Source of the DNA: Deltaproteobacteria bacterium
GTDB lineage: Bacteria > Myxococcota > Kuafuiibacteriia > Kuafuiibacteriales > Kuafuiibacteriaceae
Direction: 5' to 3'
DNA length: 64,000 bases
Assembly: GCA_040218735.1 (NCBI GenBank)
Contig: JAVJQW010000046.1
Coordinates: 64,001 to 128,000, forward strand
Of the stretch, positions 63,285-64,000 are shown one piece after another. The notes beneath the pieces are model-generated. The model worked only from the letters and a program-made list of their open reading frames with translations, made no database searches and was not told the DNA's origin. Both the position numbers and the translations under genes were made by a program. Each line of letters opens with the position of its first letter. Positions within the stretch are counted from its first letter, which is position 1.

Positions 63285-64000
63285 TTGGACTACCTACGCA
63301 CCCCCGACGACCGCTTCACCGACCTGCCCGGGTTCTCGTACGCGCCGCGCTACCTCCAGGTCGACGACACCGAGGGCGGCTCTCTGCGCGTGCACTACGT
63401 CGACGAAGGCCCGCGCGGCGGTCCCGTCGTCCTCTGCCTCCACGGCGAACCGAGCTGGTCCTACCTCTACCGGAAGATGATCCCGGTCCTCACCGCCGCG
63501 GGTCTTCGCGTGGTGGCCCCCGACCACCCCGGATTCGGCCGCTCCGACAAACCCACCAAGCCCGAAGACTATACCTACGCGCGCTTCGTCACCTGGATGA
63601 CCCAGGTCATCCACAAACTCGATCTCACCGACGCGACGCTGTACTGCCAAGACTGGGGCGGCCTCATCGGCCTCCGCATCGTCGCCGAGAACCCGGATCG
63701 CTTCGCGCGCGTCGTCGCCTCGAACACGTTCCTCCCCAAAGGCAAGAGCGCCGGCGATGGGTTCTTGATGTGGCAGAAGATGTCGCAGGAGATGGAGACC
63801 TTCGACGTCGGCAGCGTCCTGCAGATGGGCACCGTCACCGATCTCGACCCGGCGACGCTCGCCGCCTACGACGCACCCTTCCCCGACGAATCGTTCAAGG
63901 CCGGCGCCCGCCGCTTCCCCATGCTCGTCCCCATCTCACCCGACGACCCCGCGGTCCCCGCGAACCTCGCCGCGTGGGCCGTGCTCGAGAAGTGGACCAA
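63285..64000 (+). CDS. Haloalkane dehalogenase, 3'-truncated by the window edge
   Basis: Read by hand (not in the ORF track): LRTPDDRF, HYVDEGP, LHGEPSWSYLYRKMIP, GFGRSDKP, QDWGG nucleophile. Confidence 0.92.
   Translation, partial: MDYLRTPDDRFTDLPGFSYAPRYLQVDDTEGGSLRVHYVDEGPRGGPVVLCLHGEPSWSYLYRKMIPVLTAAGLRVVAPDHPGFGRSDKPTKPEDYTYARFVTWMTQVIHKLDLTDATLYCQDWGGLIGLRIVAENPDRFARVVASNTFLPKGKSAGDGFLMWQKMSQEMETFDVGSVLQMGTVTDLDPATLAAYDAPFPDESFKAGARRFPMLVPISPDDPAVPANLAAWAVLEKWT

Overview
High-GC (~70% by eye) bacterial DNA, most likely Myxococcota or a related deltaproteobacterium. The evidence is a MYXO-CTERM-like tail on an S8 peptidase, DUF4388/DUF6982-type proteins and many lipoproteins. About 60 densely packed genes are present: housekeeping (lysC, ligA, glgP, moeA, gdhA, gloA), signalling (hybrid kinase, Hpt, REC-PAS-GGDEF*-EAL) and many exported proteins. 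Highlights: (1) a three-gene radical SAM/SPASM operon resembling tyrosine-splicease maturases, with a 207-aa candidate protein substrate (IVALYAV motif) and a stand-alone Zn-ribbon partner; (2) a selenoprotein candidate split in the ORF track, with an in-frame UGA in C-x4-U and an fdhF-like GGUC-loop SECIS; (3) a coupled pair of Tat-exported enzymes, a ThDP decarboxylase-family protein with altered catalytic residues and a circularly permuted D-amino-acid oxidase; (4) an integrase-less integron cassette array (attI-like site, one intact and three decayed attC sites) carrying a HEPN protein, a SUKH immunity protein and a nucleotidyltransferase pair; (5) a triple cytochrome P460/c'-beta lipoprotein; (6) an orphan REC + KaiA-like protein; (7) a channel with a non-canonical filter; (8) a LigA with a duplicated N-terminal domain. 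No rRNA, tRNA or CRISPR array was recognised. All family assignments come from motif recognition by eye, not database searches.
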